From: Lama guanicoe | Lineage: Eukaryota | DNA: 64,000 nucleotides | Assembly: GCA_013239625.1 (NCBI GenBank) | Contig: MU053873.1 | Coordinates: forward strand, 1,564,524-1,628,523 | Reading direction: 5' to 3' | In this document: positions 62,161 to 64,000 of the stretch, one piece after another | How positions within the stretch are numbered: the first letter of the stretch is position 1 | Layout of the letters: every line of letters begins with the position of its first letter | The notes under the pieces: generated by a model | Database searches by the model: none | The model's input: only the letters and a program-made list of their open reading frames with translations | What the model was told of the DNA's origin: nothing | Made by a program: the position numbers and the translations under genes

Positions 62161-64000
62161 TTTTTTTTTAAATTAAAGTATAGTTAATTTACAATGTTGT
62201 GTTATTTTCTGGTGTACAGCATAGTGATTCAGTTACACACACACACACGTATATATTCCTTTCATTATAGGTTACTGCAAGCTATTGAATATGTTTCCCT
62301 GTGCTATACAGTAGGGCCTTGTTGTTTATCTATTTTGTGTGTAGTAGTTTGTACATGCTAATCACAAACTCCTAATTTATCCCTATCCAACCCTTTCCCT
62401 TTTAGTAACCATAAGTTTGTTTTCTATGCCTGTGATCTGTTTTTTGTAAACAAGTTCATTTGTGTCATTTTGTTAGATTTCACATATAAGTGACATCATA
62501 TGATATTTGTCTTTCTCTGATTTACTTCACTTAGTATGATGATCTCTAGGTCCCTCCATGTTGCTACAAATAGCATTATTTCATTCTTTTTTATGGCTGA
62601 GTAATATTCCACTGTATGTATGTATGTATGTATGTATGTATATATATATATATACACATACATATATATATATATACCACAACTTCTTTATCCAGTCATC
62701 TGTCGATGGAAATCTAGGTTGATTCTGTGTCTTGTCTATTGTAAATAGTGCTGCTATGAACATTGAGGTGCATGTATCTTTTCAAATCAGAGTTTTTCTG
62801 AATATATGCCAAGGAGTGGGATTGCGGATCATATGGTAAGTCTAGTTTTAGTTTTTAAAGGAATCTCCATACTGTTTTCCATAGTGGCTACACCAAACTA
62901 CATTCCCACCAGCAGTGTAGGAGGGTTACCTTTTCTTCACACCTTCTCCAGCATTTATTGTTTGTGAACTTGTTAATGATGGCCATTCTGACTGGTATGA
63001 GGTGATAGCTCATGGTAGTTTTGATATGCATTTTTCTGATAATCAGTGATATTGAGCATCTTTAATATGTGCCTATTGGCCATCTGTATGTCTTCCTTAG
63101 AGAAATATTTGTTTAGGTCTTCTGTCCACTTTTTGATTGGATTTTTTTTTTTTTGCTATTGTTATTGAGTTGTATGAGCTGTTTGTATGATCTGGAAGTT
63201 AAGCCCTTGTCATTTATATCATTTGCAAATATTTTCTTCCTTTCCATATGTTGTCTTTTCATTTTGTTAATGGTTTCCTTTGCTGTGCAAAAGCTTGTAA
63301 GTTTAATTAGGTCCCATTTGTTTATTTTTGCTTTTGTCTCTATTGCCTTGGCAGACTGCCCTAGAACATTTTTACGATTTATGTCAGAGAATGTTTTGCC
63401 TGTGTCTCTTCTAGAATATATATGGTGTCCTATCTTATACTTAAGTCTTTAAGCCATTATGAGTTTATTTTTGTGTGTGGTGTGAGGGAGTGTTCTAACT
63501 TCATTGATTTACATGTGGCTGTCCAGCTTTCCCAATACTACTTGGCAAAGAGACTGTCTTTTCACCAGCAAGCGAAATATATTCTTGCCTCCTTTGTTGA
63601 AGATTAATTGACCATAGGTATGTGGGTTTATTTCTGGGCTTTCTGTTTTATTCCATTGATCCATATGTCTCTTTTTGTGCTAATACCATACTGTTTTAAT
63701 GACTGTAGCTTTGTAGTATTGTCTGAAGTCTGGGTGGGCTATGCCGCCAGCTTTCTCTTTTTCTTCAGTATTGCTTTGGCAATTCTGGGTCTTTTGTGAT
63801 GCCATATAAATTTTAGGATTATTTGTTCTATTTCTGAAAAATCTCCTGGGTAATCTGATAGGGATTGCATTAAATCTGTTGATTGCTTTGGGTGGTATGG
63901 CTATTTTAACAATATTAATTTTTCCAATCCAAGAACATGGGATATCTTTCAATTTCTTTAAATTATCTTTAATTTCCTTTATCAGTGTTTTACAGTTCTC
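62161..64000 (-). mobile_element. Younger cetartiodactyl/camelid-type L1 3' end and ORF2 C-terminus, running off the window
   Basis: Poly-T then aagtatagttaatttacaatgttgtgtta...ctggtgtacagcatagtgattcagtt; remnants MFIAALFTIDKTQNQP and [15 protein letters not shown]; contains (TATG)n(TA)n at ~62613-62677. Confidence 0.93.

Noticed and set aside
1..64000. CRISPR arrays, operons, rRNA or prokaryote-type systems
   Set aside because: The sequence is mammalian intronic DNA; no regularly spaced repeats or gene clusters are present.

Overview
Mammalian, almost certainly camelid (alpaca/llama/camel), intronic DNA from the TTC28 (TPRBK) gene on the + strand. One genuine coding exon is recognisable: 43194-43701, 508 nt, AG/GT-bounded, encoding 40-aa-period TPR repeats, probably the ortholog of human exon 6 (exon number from recall). 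It is flanked by at least 43 kb and at least 20 kb of intron. The introns are filled with interspersed repeats: old and young L1s (mostly antisense to the gene), HAL1, L2, MIR, MLT1 and MER21-type solo LTRs, hAT/Tc2 DNA transposon relics (Charlie1a, MER20, MER5, MER45, MER104) and three tRNA-Ala-derived Vic-1-like SINEs that point to a camelid. Almost all other ORFs in the supplied track are L1 fragments or chance ORFs. I cannot support a new biological system here. The most unusual items are a fossil R4/Dong-clade retrotransposon ORF (~13.8-14.4 kb), a candidate 66-nt poison exon / recursive splice site (25472-25543), an in-frame alternative donor 30 nt past the TTC28 exon, and several repeat-free enhancer-like blocks. 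Repeat subfamily names come from recalled consensus sequences, and repeat boundaries are approximate unless a TSD is quoted.
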